64,000 bases of DNA from Azolla caroliniana (lineage: Eukaryota; Plantae; Polypodiophyta), in contig JBHGNT010000002.1 of NCBI GenBank assembly GCA_043228905.1, positions 21,390,001-21,454,000 on the forward strand. The letters are read 5' to 3'. Position 1 is the stretch's first letter. Every line of letters starts with the position of its first letter. The translations under genes and the position numbers were made by a program. Positions 41,301 through 55,560 of this stretch are shown in pieces. Under the pieces are notes generated by a model. The model had not been told where the DNA came from. It saw only the letters and a list, made by a program, of their open reading frames with translations, and made no database searches.

Positions 41301-44300
41301 AGCTTAACTTTTATTGGAGTTTAAAAAATTACATTTTTTTCTTGTGTTTTGCATTTGTAATATTGCCTCTTTACCTCATCACCATCAATTGATGATGGCT
41401 TTTTCATTATTGGCTTCGACAAGGTTAAACATTTTGAATGAGCTTCACATTGGTCATCAATCTAAGGATCACATTGGAAACTAAGATTTCAAAGTCGACC
41501 TACACGTGCACTAAAATATTAATACCCTACAATGAGAGTAACATTCTTCAATTGCTCCATATTATTTTCACATATTTACCAATGTAGACGTTCATTACAT
41601 AAAGAGGAGATTTGTCGTATATGTGGCATTGTGCATAACTTATTTCATCAAATCCACTCGTAGTAATCTAAACTAAAGCATAGTTCTTACTTGATTTGAT
41701 TGTTTATTATCCTATTTTAAGTCTTGATTAAACCTAGTGTAATTGAGAGTGTGCTATAGATGATTGGACAAATTATGTGTATAGTCTTGGCATGGATTAT
41801 CATTGACATGAAGGTAAATGGTCGGTGAAATGGTAGTCAATTCCCTAGGACAAGGAATAATCTACCTCAAGGTAAGTTAACATGTGAAGACAAAATATCT
41901 ATAGAGCTTGATGATGCACAATAGAAGAGAACAAAGTCAGACGTAATGCATTAAAATTTTGATGCAAAGAAATATATGTGAATTATTTGATTCTAGGGTG
42001 TGTGGCAATGAACTAAAAGTTAGAATTCATAATCTCGTTCGTCTCTATCAACACCAAACTTTACAAATTGTGTTTCCTCAAACTCATGATTATTAATATG
42101 ACTCGGAATTTCAACTACTTTGATACTAATATTTACATGACCTCAATTTTGGATAAATAAGTTTTTTGCTTAATTATGCTTTAATGTAATAGTTTTACTC
42201 ATTTTTACATTAATTATGCATGTTTCATACATGATCAAAGGATGCTGATGGGGTCGTTGCCGATTTGACAATAACTAGTGAGCGGTTAAAACTAGTCGAT
42301 TTTACACAACCATATGTACAATCGGTCCTTAAAATGGCTGTGCCATTTGAAACTGTGCGTACCATCCGCTTTTGGATCTTTTTAGCCCCATTCTCTTTGG
42401 GACTCTGGTGTGCAATTGTCATAATGTTCATTCTCACCATCCTTTCTATATCCGCCGTAGAGCATTTCAGCCAAGCTAGTCAAACCACTGAAAATTGGAA
42501 AGATGTCCTCTCAAAATCCTTCTGGTAAGAATTTTTTTATTATTTTGCTTCCAAAAAATTGGTAAGAATTCATTGCCTCATCTAATTGCTTCAATTGAAT
42601 AATAACTTCCAAAAGACCCATCTTATCTTAGAATTCCTATACTTTCAATTTCTAAAGATTCCTAAATCTAGAGAATTGCCTATATTTATATTAAATGTCC
42701 TAAATAAGAAATTGTTCTAGAATTGGAAGAAAATCATCAAGGCTAAATGTCTTTTTGTAATGGATGCAAAGTGACGCTTGGCAAAGGGTTGAAGCTTTGG
42801 AAATCCTACAGTTAATGTAGATAGCAAACAAGTAGATATTATCTATAGACTTGCACGACAGCTCAAGGACCTATACCATCCACATGATGGACATCTTTTA
42901 GACACGAAGGTCAAAAGTGGACTGCACCCGAAAAAATTGAAACAACCACATGGCCAAAGAAGTTAACCCAATAGGTACCAAAAGTTGAGTACCAAAAGGC
43001 CTACATTAGAACATTTTAGCAAATTCATCATGGAGATTGAGTACCAAAAGTTGCAATCAAGTCTCCCTCACCTCCAAATCTAGGCATCTTGATTGATGTG
43101 GTCGTTAAGACGACCGGGTAGAAGATGTGGAAAGAAGGGGCAAACACAATTCTTGGTTTCCATACAATAGAGGTGATGCTTTTGCTCAGAACCCCCACTT
43201 GATACAATTTCCTTTTAGGCTAATGATTGTTCCAAAAAAATGAGGTTTCTTTGCTTGTACACCATCATCAATTGGTGGTGTTGTGAGGAAGAGCGAGGAA
43301 ACAATCGGTAATAGGGAGCAAGCCCGACACCGCCGATACAATGTCATATCGACACAATCCAATAGAAGTAAAGGTGGAGTACCTAACACAACTAGAGGAT
43401 CTTGATGGTCTCTCCAAAGACCCGATCACCAGATGTAACAGCTCTGATCAAAAGAAGACGATGAATATTGGACACATACTTCTCTGGATTAGAACTCAAG
43501 GGAAGATGATGAGCTAGAAAATAAAATGAAAGAAAAAAGTAAAACTACTCAATGACATATAAGTATCATGAAAGACCTCTCAAAAACATTTATCACTGAA
43601 GTTGAATCCAACATATCGGCATTTGCGGTACACAAGGAAGACAAAGATGGAGATATTGCCCCGATCATCGATCTCAAGAAAGCACTTCAGTGCATGAAAA
43701 AAGAATCCTGAATAGATGTTATGCAAATGGAGATTAATGCACTTAATATAAAAAGAACAAGGTGTGGACCCTTATCTCCTGACCACCTAACTCCAAAATT
43801 GTTTATTGCAAATGTTTGTTTATCAAAAAGTGTGTTACACACATGACTCCAATTAGATTCAAAGCTCAAATTGTAACTCATGGATCTTGACAAATTCCTT
43901 GCATTGCGTATCATGAGACTTTATCACCTAGTTGAGTGTCAAGTCTCTTCATCTATTTCTTGCAATATTGGTACATCTCAACTTGGAAATGCACCATATA
44001 GATATTGAAAAGGAATTTCTTCATGGAGATCCAAAAGGGACTACCTACATGGAACAAACAAAAATGATAGAAGATATCAGGTACCCTAACTATGTGTGCA
44101 TGTTAAACAAACCATTGAATGGCCGCTTAAAACAATCCCCAAGATAATGATATTCTAAGCTACACAAGTTCATTCGCTTATATGCAACATAATCTATATG
44201 TGAGAAATATGAAAACAAAGTTCATCATCTAAGGAGTGTATGTACGTGAACGTCTGAAAGAGAGATAGTAGAGGGTGATCAAGGAGTGACAACATCACTT

Positions 44301-47300
44301 CCCAGTCAAACATCTTGGACCATTGGAGCATTTCATGGAACACATGTACAAAGAAATTAGAGGCCGGGTACACTATTAGTATCCCACGAAAAGTATGTAT
44401 CTATACTATCACTTGTCATTTTAAATTGGCTTTCTCTTAAAATTCATGGAAAAGCCAAGAATTAATCATTGGACTCTGCTCAAATGAGTATTATACACTT
44501 AACGTACATACAAAATATGGAGCACATTAGGGATATTTTGGGGTAAAGACTCTAACATACAAACATCGCTAATAAATTAAATGTAGATAATAATATTTTA
44601 AAAAATTAGATATCTCTAAAAATATAAGTGACTACTACAATTGTATGTAATCACATTTGAAGAGGTGTTTAAAAGGCTATTGCACCACACATTTTGGTGT
44701 GAGTACATTTAAGCACATACGTATGAGTTCATAACTAAGTTCCAATATCCATTACTCTTTTCTTACCTCTTGCATTCATCTCCTTGCAAGTTCTCACATA
44801 TAACCGTTGCATATTGCACCCATCACAACAAAGTTTAGTTCAAACATATGTCTTTGTTGAAACCACTTCATTCACATACAACTCCGAATAGTCTCTAGTT
44901 CATGCATTCTTTCTATTGTGATCATTCATTGATAATGTTGTAGTTCTCTATTTTGAACTCTTATTCTTCCCTTAAATAGGTGGTTGTAGTCCTGCTAGAG
45001 AAAAGAGATATGGCCAAGTAGACTGATTGATATTATAAATCATGCCAGTTTAGAATTGTGCCATTAATGTGACCAAGTATTTTACCTTTATATCAAACTA
45101 ATATAATTAATACTTATTATTACATTAACTTTTTCAGACCGCTTCAAAAACTTAGTATTTGATGACCTTAAATAGCCTTGACAAACAAACAAAATCAGAA
45201 TGACTCTTAAAATTTAGACCTTAACCACCCTCTCATACTCTAACACCTTATATAGGTAATTAAACTTGTTAATGAAAAGATTTAACTTGCATCCTCATAA
45301 ATAACTAAGAAGTTACTTTATTAAATAAAATAGAAGTAATCTATCTATGAACAACTTTTATGCAATAATGGAAGCCAATCACACTCAATACAAGCAGAAG
45401 CTCAAATATCTAACATGGAAACTTGGGGTTTGAGATTTTAACTAAGAGAGAGACTTGAAGCTTAATGAATGTGAAAGAGAGAGATGGGGGATAAGGCAAA
45501 GCTCAAGCTCAAGAGCAATAAATGAAGAGGACCCTTAAAAGAGCACCAAAAGTGACAACACTATAGTTGCCTTGTCATTTTGGTACTAGTGTCAATGTGA
45601 TATCATTAAAGTGAAGTGTCTAAAAAATACCTACCATTCCCCACAACCTGATGAGTGTAGAATACTAGGTGCACCACTTCACCATTTGAGTCATTAAATA
45701 TTTAGGTTTTTGACATTGGTATCTCTTGCATTAGTGTCTTAGTCTTGAGACACTTCCTTAGATAATTAGAGATAATTTCTTAAATGAACAACTGTCTTAA
45801 AGTGTCATTTGTAGAAAGAGGGTAGAATTGGAACCTGTCTTCATAGAGTGCATAGTTACCTTTATTGAGTTGGGAGTAGAGTGCCATCAAGGGTGGTTTT
45901 AGGTGTGATAGTGGTGTCAAATGTCCACATTCTTGAGAAAGGATCAAATAGGAGCTTGAAGTTGCACATGGTTGTGTTTAAGGTCATGTAGGAATATTGA
46001 ATAGTCAACGGAGTCACTACTCTGATCATTAGTTTTTGGTGGTGTAGTTATGAGGGAGTCATTAAGGTGACTATAATTAGTGACCTAATGATGTCGAGAG
46101 AGGTGTTGAAGGAATTCATATTGAGGTTGGGAGGTCGATTGATAGATGATGTACGGGTACATTGTTGATTACAAGAGAAGATGGGGATGGACGTGAGGTG
46201 GTGTTCCTAAGACGTTGGTGGTTTTTGCTCTCATTTGGGCACCTATCATTGTAGTAGTTGGGCATCATTTTCATTTCTTGCTTTGTTGCCATTTTCAATT
46301 ATTGTGCATTTGGCTTAATGAGTAGCCATGGGTTGACAACTTACAAGCGCTTTGCCAACAAGGCTTGGGGTTCATTGACAGTAGTTGGTATTATTGAGGA
46401 TGAGGTGCCCATGTGTTCTATGCTAAATCATGTGTAGAGTTGTGAAAGACCACATACTTGATGCCATACCACATGTATGTGGTGTGAGGGGAGCACAAAC
46501 TCTTTGATAAAGTATGTGAGTGATTAATGAGTATCTACCCTTTGCTAGAGCATATGAGCTATGTATTGAGAATGTGCACTCTTTACTAGAGCATTCTCGC
46601 AGAATATGGGCAATAACTCTAGAGTAGTTGTGAATGATGTTGCAAGCACACACTCTTTGTGACCGTCAATGCATTGGCTACCAATATGTCGTATCAGTGT
46701 GTAGACAAACTAGAATACCCACCTAATGAGCTTTAGGATATTTTAGTTTTAACTCTATCTTCCATTGATATGAAGTTGTAGAAGAGAATAGGGATGGAGA
46801 TGAGATGAGATAAATAATGTAGGATTTGGCTAAGGGTGGGAAATGGAGAAAAGAGGATATGGAAGATACTAGGAATGTGTCAGGGAAGTGGAGAAAGAAC
46901 AAATGAAGACTAGAAGACAATAGTCACTAAAGAGTAGCAAATATTCACAATAAGAAAAAAACAAAAGAATTTGAAAAATCAAAACGAAAGTAAAGATTGA
47001 AAAAATTCATTAGATCAAATTTGAATTTGAACCATAACTTTCCTTGTCTTTCCAACAAGGACACAACTAAGTCATGAAAATATAAAAGCTTAGTCATGAA
47101 CTTAATTGTGCCTATAATGAAAACTTGGGCTTGATTATTGAAGACAACTAGATATTTTAATGACATTGATGTGTGGTGCTATACTTTGGACCTTGATGTG
47201 CTTAGTACCCCTAATGGAGATAGCGTGGTCTTTTTTTGCACTATTCTCATGTTGAGCCGAATTATATATTGCCCTCAACACATCCTTGATTTTTCATGAG

Positions 47301-50300
47301 AAGTTATGGGACTCCCATACAAAAAGTGTCACATGTCCACCCTTTAATGAGTATTTTCCTTTTCTATGCCCATGTCTAACATGTTAGGTTTTTACCTCTT
47401 TAGTGTTATGGGGGATCAACCTATATGCCAGTTGCAAAGAAATTTTGAATTTACCACCACTACATCCACTTAAGGAGCTTATGAAAAGCTTGAGCAATGG
47501 CTTATTGAAGATGTCATGATTGAGTCTTGCAATAAGATTGAAGGAATAAAAGTCTCTAAAGATTGAGTCTTGCAATAAGATTGAAGGAATAAAAGTCTCT
47601 AAAGATTGAGTCTTGCAATAAGTCAAAATTCTAGAAAAGGTTACTAAAATGAAAGTTAAGAGCATTATTAAAACAACAATGCCTAGTGAAAGGGTAAGAG
47701 CTAAGCTACTTGAACAATAAGTTTAAGCGTATGAACCCAATCTCTTGCGCTTTTATCACCAAAGTCATCCCCTCCTCCTGATGTTTGTATCTGTCAACTA
47801 GGGCCTGCCATGATAACCAACATACATTTCCCCACTTGATTGTGCCTTTGCACTTGGCATAATTGCAATAGGCGGTCAACATAGTGTGTCAGATTAATTT
47901 TGTTGCATTTGGACATGTTGCACAATTAGGAGAGCTAAGGTTCCCATGTTGCCACGCTCCAACCGGTAGTGACCTATGTATTAATAGCCATAGCAATGTG
48001 GTAATTCAACTAGCGTGTTGTTGTTTCCAGATTTTCTGCCAAAACTAAGTGATAATTGTATGAGGAACATGATATGTGTGCCATAAGTTTGCAACACCCG
48101 GCCCTCAGGTGTTTGAGCGGTTAGAATGTGGAGACCCAATCAAGTTGTGAATTGGAAGAAAGGGATGGATTTGCTTCCTTGACCCATATAAGGATTGCGC
48201 CACGTCCATTGCAAAGGGTCCAAATTGACCTTATGTAGCCATGTGTTTTCATGAGTATATATGTGCCATTCTGGTTGTACTTTGATTGAATCGGGATCTA
48301 CAATCCATTTATTGACTAGTATATGCGAGTTCTCGAATTGCCATATTCAATATTTGTGTCTCATTGTCTCGCAATTCACGGCCTTTGATCCTATCTGGTG
48401 TTTCCCTACCTCTTGGGATCAAAGAGCCCTCCTCCTCATAGCCTATTCACTTCTCCATTGTCTTCCTTTGATTAATAGCTTCCCTAAGCAATAGAGCATT
48501 CATAATTTCAGATTTTATAGTCCATCCGCCCCTCATTCCATGGAGTATGTTGGCTTGATCTTGTATTGGCAATGACATAAACCGTCTCCAATATTCTATA
48601 CTCTTTCTTGGACCTTCTGCAATGCATCCCCAAGACAACCCCTTACTTGCTCCCATTAGTTAACCAGATTCATCTTTGATACATGGGTTCCATAGGATGT
48701 GTTAACTGACCCAGGCAGGTTCAGAGTTAGGCTGACCACATTTGTGCCCTCATCTTATGTTACACCACGTCTTCCACATGGATGCACTGAATCTATCCTC
48801 CAATTGGCATGAGAAACTTGGTCCATGCTTAGAATCCATCTCGTATGGGGGACCCAATTGGCCCCTTTTCATGGCTTAAAGTAAGCGAAACATAACCACA
48901 CTAGCATTTTCCCGCAGTCATCCCCTTGTTGGAGTCCTCGCACCACAAATTTGGTGAGTAGGGCTTTGGGTTGTGGGAGGGGATCAATCAGACCCAACCC
49001 TCCTCTTGACTTAGGTGATGTGAGTGTAGACCATGCCACCTTGACCCAACCTACATGATCTTCCTTACCAGACAAAATGTTGTTGCGTACTAGTCATTGA
49101 ATCTGATGTATATTCCCTTGGAGATTGTCCAACATGAGAGGTTGTACCATGCTATTGCAAGTAATACCTGCTTTGCCACTATGATGAAACTTGCTAGTGA
49201 GAGTTTTTTCAAGGTCCAATGTATCAACTTTTGTCAAATGGAATGAATAACTGGTGCAATCATCATCTCTGGAAGAATGTTGAATCCAACTTGGAAACCC
49301 AAATATTTGGTGCTCGCTCCTTGATTGATCCACTTGAAACAAGGATGTGGGTGTTAGGCAAGATGTGCTTCATTAGAAAGCCATATTGCATAGGATTTGT
49401 ACCAATTGATCATGGCGTTTGATCTCTTGCAAAACACGACTAATCTACATTCTAGCTTCTATAGATTTTCCAAGTTCTCTTGCATGTAGATTGTTGTGTC
49501 ATCTGCAAATTCTATATCCAGGAGGCTTTGATGAGAGTGGAACACAAGAAGACCACGTAGGTTTAAATGCTGCAAGTTGAGAAAGCTAGAGAGTGGTTCG
49601 ATGTATAATAAAAATAAGGATGGAGCCAATGGCCATCCTTGTTGTACAAATCGCGATATTTGGAAGAAGAGGCCCCTTTCATTTGCTAGTGAAACACAAC
49701 GGTTGGCATTCCTATAAAGGCCTACAATGCTTTTGATCCATGACTCTTGAAAGCTAAGTTTCCCCATCACACTTTCTAGAAAATTCTAGCAATACCCTGT
49801 CATATGTTTTCTCAAAATCTAGGAGCACCACAACTACCTTGTTGTTGGTATGCTTGGCAAGGGCTACTTCTTCCCAGAATGAGAAAAGGTTGTCTAGGAT
49901 TCTCCAATTTCTAGGATGCTCCAATTTATAACAAGCCCTATCTGGGAGGGATGAAAGAGTTGAGGTAGACGTGGCGGTACACGCATTGTAAGGCTATTAG
50001 TCATCGCTTTATCCTCTATCTCTTTTCTTAATCGTCCTTACTTATAGTCTTGATGATCTCATGTAATATATTTGAATCTCTAGTTAGTTTAACTAGAATT
50101 TTGTCAGACATTGATGAGTCGTTGACAAGCAATGGCCATTGGGTGGTGATTTGTTCCCTCACCTTTGTAAATGTGTATATAGTATCCAGGATTCAAGGCT
50201 GAAATGAGCCCCACTTTCGGTGCAATTGAAAATGATCGATTACTATGCAATGGTCGGAGAAAGCTGTGCCTGGAGTTATGCGACACCATCCCTCTTCACT

Positions 50301-53300
50301 TCTAGTGCCTCACCTACATAGATACGAGCGATGCGAGATAGGGTGGGTCCACTATTCCGCCCATCTAATCGAGAAAATAAAAGAGAGTTCCGTTTGCATT
50401 GGAAGTTGTTTGAATGCCATATATTGCGCAAGTTAAGGGGGGCACATAACTTCTCCCATTGTTTATGCTCCCCTCGGAGAACCTTGGGGTTGTTGTTAGA
50501 ACTATCCTAAAGGGATTCAATCATATTAAACTCCCCTCCTATGTACCACTCCTCCTCTTAACTCGCTACTTGTAGGTGAATACGTTCCCAAAATGTTTCC
50601 CTTTTTTATTCTGTTATTTGAAGTGTAAACATTCATGAAATTCCAATGATGCCCTTGGATGGCCAACTTGCAAAAATGCGCTCTACCATATAGAAGTGAT
50701 TCATTATGTATTTAGCCTTGGTCTAGATGTTCTTGAATCAAAGTGCAAATACCACCATGATTTCCATCATCACCTATTGCTGGTTCCCACATTGTTCGCC
50801 ACGATCCTGGTAGAAGGTCTCCGACTTCCATTAAACAAGCACTATAGAGATGGTGTTCCAACAACATGATGATGTCAACAACACCACCTAATATGTACTC
50901 CTCAAGATCCCTTCTGAGTTTCCATCTATTTTGCTAGTCTAGGCAACTCCTAAGCGCTTGCAAGTTCCATGTTACAACATTCATGATCATGCAAGGGGGT
51001 GGGAGATTTCTAGGTGTTCCTTATGCTTTGCACAGTAGACCGTGTGTGGGGGAGCACTCACCATTTATACATCTAGTGATTTTCATTGATGGAATGATGG
51101 TCTAGATCCATGAGCGGAGTTTGTGGGCTATCCGGTGAGCTTCAATAGTCCGTTCCTACTTCTCATAGAAATAGTAAAAGCTGAGTGTCTATGATAACAC
51201 ACGTTTAGTTGAGTGTCTATGATAGTCTGCAATTGAATGTGGTAGAGATGAGATTCCTCTTTATCCATGGGGCACTAGAATTCTGTGTTATTTCATTGCT
51301 TCTTTAATTCGTTCATGAGTTGTTCATCAGTTACTCTTGTTACAAAAATGATGCTTGGCTACATAGCAGATATTTAATCTTGGACTTAGACTAGGCTTCA
51401 TGTGCCGAAAGCAATAGTGGAAAAGAGATTGTGGTCATCCGTGCTCAATTACTTTGTATCGATGATACATGTACCCTTATTTTGTCCACTATCTTGTGCC
51501 ATATTCCTAACCATTTTAAGGCGTTTTGCGGGTGTGGTTCAAGGTCAAGGCTAGATGTATCACACTCAGTTGTGTCTGGGATTTGTTAGATGGCATGTGT
51601 AGTAAACATGAGAAATGTTAGATGGCATTTGTTTTCGCGTCAACTGCTCGTGTGAAAGGTGAAAGTTGTGGTGCCTGCTTAATGTAAACACAAACATTTT
51701 CACTTGGCTCACATACACATCTAGATAATCTTGCATACTTAATTGCTAGGCCAAACCATATTATGTCAAAATTTTGCCCATGCCTTGAGCATGCACCTAC
51801 AAGTGCACATGCGCTAGTCAATGAAGGTAAACTCCACAACTCTTCATCGACAATACCATTTTCCTTGGTTTGGATCCTTGGTGGTCCCACTCACAATTCA
51901 CACACACATATTTTGCAAGAATGTTCTCTAAGTCCCTTTTAGGGGCATCATATATTACATTAAAAACTAGTTATTAGTTTGACTCACTAGAAATTCATTG
52001 ATTTGTCTTTAACGACAACAATTGGAAACAATTCAGTTTGGTTTGGATCAATTTGGGGGTCTCAAATTTAAACCTTTTCAAACCAAACCATTTTTAAAAA
52101 ATTGAAATTTACCAAATAACAAAACATAGTAAACTGCAAGTGTTATTGAAACTAAGCTGTCAAAGGAATTTCCAAATTCAAATGTTAGAGTCGAACTAAT
52201 TATTTAAGTAAAACATAAGGAATTATAGACCAAAGAAAGGAAAGATAAGTGCAAAAGCACCCTACCACCCACTAGCGACGGCATGAAATGTACTGAAATC
52301 TCCTTGATGTCCCTACATACCATCAAATGTTGATGTGAGCCGTACCTTGGGTTCCATGAGGATTGTGTGTGCTTAGCTAATAAGAGCCATAGCCACACTA
52401 ACATAGTCTCAATATAAACCAAGCCTCCCTTGATAAGAAGATTGTTATCCTTCTTATATATGCTGAAACCCTAAGAATTGGTGTGTTCACACAATTTACT
52501 ACTTCATGTGAAGTGGCCAAGTGATAATCCACTTAATAGTTATCTCATATAATCATCATAAGATTCGGGAAAACTATGGAAAACCTATCTCATGATAACT
52601 TATGGTTATGGACATAAGGTCAAACCAATCGGTTCAAGAGATTTACAAACCTTCAGCCATTAAGGCATAGTTTCATTGTCTAGTTTTAGTTTAGACCAAA
52701 TTATCAAGGACTTTCCATTCAATTTTCAAAAGATATTTCATTATTAACGAACACTTAAATCATATTTTTAACAAATCACCTTTATTCTTACAATTTTGAT
52801 TAAGAAATCAATTGGATACTTTATATAAACGAAACCTTTAATTTCTCAAATGATTTAAAGTTTAAACCAGTAACCAAATATAGAGTATAAAAAACATTAA
52901 CATTAATCTACACTTGAAGATTATGGAAAATACAATTTATAATCATATGATAAACATGAATGATGAGAGTTTGAGTCTAGAATGTTCAAGCCCTAAAACA
53001 TGAACCTGGAACCCTAAATTGTAAACTGTAAATTCTATATCCTAAAACCTAGATCTTTAATTCTAACCCTAAATTGAGAAAAGAGAAAATATAGAACCCA
53101 AATGTCTGGTTACAAGATCATTCTTTTATATTCTTTTACATTATTTGGTCTAGTTACAAGATCATTGTTTGGTTCCCCGTATTTTTTTATTCTAGACTAG
53201 CCTTTTGGCAATAATATTGATGAGATTTTGTAGAAAAGGCATGTGAAATAAGAGTATGGTAGGTAATTGACAATAACTCTTGATTCTTAGGGAAAGGTAA

Positions 53301-55041
53301 AAAAGTTTATTTTTTATGTAATCTATAATGATCATATATGATTGTGCAAAATTCATGACTATTATTCAATGATAATATACTACACAAAATATAAAATTTG
53401 GTGAGAATGAGATTTCACACTTGGAAGTTTTGGTAACAAGTGATGTGTATTATTCCATGGCAAAAGTATTAAATACAAACAAAATTGAAATAATGTTTTT
53501 GGAAAAGAGAAAAATTGAAATATGTATAGATACCAAATTTCGAGGCACATGATTATCTAATTGATGTAATAAGAATATAATTCTCCTTAGCTAATAGTTA
53601 TTGTTATATTTGGGCACTATATATCACTAAAGATTAGCATCATGGAAAACTATGCTAGTGAAGGTAGTGTCTATCCATGCATGCATATGCACTAATGAAT
53701 AAATAACTCTTCCTTCCTCTCCATGATCCCCATACTGATGCCAAGAGTTCCTTTAAGTTGGATGTACATTAAAATTATCTCTTTAATTCAAAATCATCTA
53801 ATTACTCCGAGTTTTTGCATTGATATTCTAAAAACATAATGAATTTCTAATTTTGATTCCTTGAATCTTTGGATTGCCCATTTACAGGTTTACATCCATG
53901 GCGCTCTTCTTTTCCCATAGTAAGTAACCTTTCGAAAAATGCATGGAAGGACCAAACATATCCTCAAAAATTTAAGGAAGCCTGACACAATTTACAATTT
54001 ACAATTTACAATTAACATTAAAACAAAATGAACTTCTTTTGGTAGGGGAGGAGGAAACAACACTTTTAGCTAAATCAGTTAGGCTTTTCTGGTTGGTTGC
54101 TGTGCTCATATTTACATCAAGCTATACAGCTAGCTTGTCATCTATACTAATAGAACAACAACAACAACAACAAAGTCCAACCATTAGAAACTTTGCAGAC
54201 CTAAAAAGAAGTAAAGTCTCCATAGGATGCCAAAAAGGCTCGTTCACATTCAATTACCTTCAAAATACCCTCTTCATTCCTTCCAATAGACTAGTGAATT
54301 TGGTTACGGAGGAAGATTATGATAACGCATTGAAGTCCGGTAATGTGTCGGCAATTATCGATGAATCGCCATACTTGGAGACATTCCTTACCAACATGGG
54401 ATGCAAATACACGATTGTCGATTCAAACATTGGTTACTTTGGAGGCTTCTCTTTTGTAAGTATCTCTCATTTCAACCTCTCCTTAAATTAAACAATCTTT
54501 GATATCTGTATTATACATGAGATAATCAACTTGCATAACATGGTTTTGCCATAGGCGTTCATGGTGAGGTTTAAATAGATCAATTGTTATTAATATGTTC
54601 GATTAATCTATGATTATTCAATCATGTTAACTAGTTGAAGTCACTTCATACATAAGTAGGTTTATCTACCACTACAACAACATAATTAACTAACCTTATC
54701 ACAAAAAGGAACTATATGCATGCATTAAAAACATACACTTAAAACTAATTGAATTTGGGGATTTGGACCCACTTGTCTTGCAGGCATTTCAAAAGAACTC
54801 ATCTTTAACCAATGATATGTCGATTTCTATTCTATCTCTAGAAGAAAATGGACGCCTTCAAGAGCTCAAGGATAAATGGCTTGGTGCAGGAGATTGTGGA
54901 ACAAGGTCTTCTAGCACTGTTATGTTATTTGAGAGCTATGCGGGCTTAGGTTTTATCATAGTTGGAGTTTATATTGTATGCATATTGTTAAGTTTTATAT
55001 GCTATCGACGCAAAAGAAATCCTTATCAACAACATTCTTGA
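38323..55041 (+). CDS. GLR: Glutamate receptor-like ion channel, short form without amino-terminal domain (GLR-C, ~433-455 aa, 5 exons, large introns)
   Basis: Exons 38323 (or 38389)-38706, 42241-42524, 53888-53919 (32 nt), 54046-54455, 54784-55041; phases consistent. Signal peptide MKYALLLASVVFIISIITPLPIVA, then LKILVPLKLGFQEYL, VADLTITSERLKLVDFTQPY, WFTSMALFFSHRE, SSYTASLSSIL, DESPY and M4. Confidence 0.85.
40370..40640 (-). mobile_element. Possible 3' fragment of an L1-type LINE ORF2 in GLR-C intron 1
   Basis: GC-richer island encoding ...FWQKWKNT...RWNHQPPRW, resembling LINE ORF2 C-termini; weak. Confidence 0.35.
43400..44400 (+). mobile_element. Degenerate copia RT relic in GLR-C intron 2
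   Basis: LEMHHIDIEKEFLHGD...YMEQ...VCMLNKPLNG.LKQSPR. Confidence 0.75.
47518..47622. repeat. 43-bp tandem repeat (~2.4 copies)
   Basis: gattgagtcttgcaataag at 47518, 47561 and 47604. Confidence 0.85.
47700..51000 (-). mobile_element. Degenerate L1-clade LINE ORF2 in GLR-C intron 2
   Basis: Endonuclease start MIMNVVTWNLQAL (~50990), LLDFEKTYD, VQQGWPLAPSLF, IEFADDT, KVAWSTLTSPKSRGGLGL. Confidence 0.8.
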
Positions 55042-55560
55042 TTTATAGCCTATATTTTGAAGCCCCAAATAAAAAGATTCATTTAATAAATGTATATTCA
55101 TCATAGTCCATAAATATAATGTAACAATAAGTTTGTTTCTATGTTTTGAGTTAGGAGCGATCTTAAATTTCTATGTTTTAAGTTCGAAATTTTATGGCAT
55201 TTATTATACGTAAACTAGGGGATTTTGTATGATAAAGATATTTGTCTCAACCTTAGTCACAAAAAAACATATGTATATTGTGAAGTGCACATAAGAGATC
55301 AAAACCAACCTACTTAGCTTCTTACTTCTTAATCAATTTATAGTTGATACAACGGAACCCATTTGGGTTGGCTTGGCTAAAAAGGGCGTGCTAAAAGGGT
55401 GGGTCATTTTGGGCACACACATCCTAAAATGGGTGTGCTAAAAGGGTGGGCCAACTTGGGTACGTGCATCCTAAAAAGGGTGAGCTATAAGGGTGGCACA
55501 AAGGAACACATGCACACCACATTTCCCTCTTGTGAGAAACAAGAGATTGAGTGGCATGAA

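Noticed and set aside
45500-46700. Possible further retroelement gag/protease relic in GLR-C intron 2
   Set aside because: Too decayed to support with a motif.
52985-53075. Interstitial telomere array
   Set aside because: Only a few degenerate ccctaaa-like units, typical of TE subterminal sequence.
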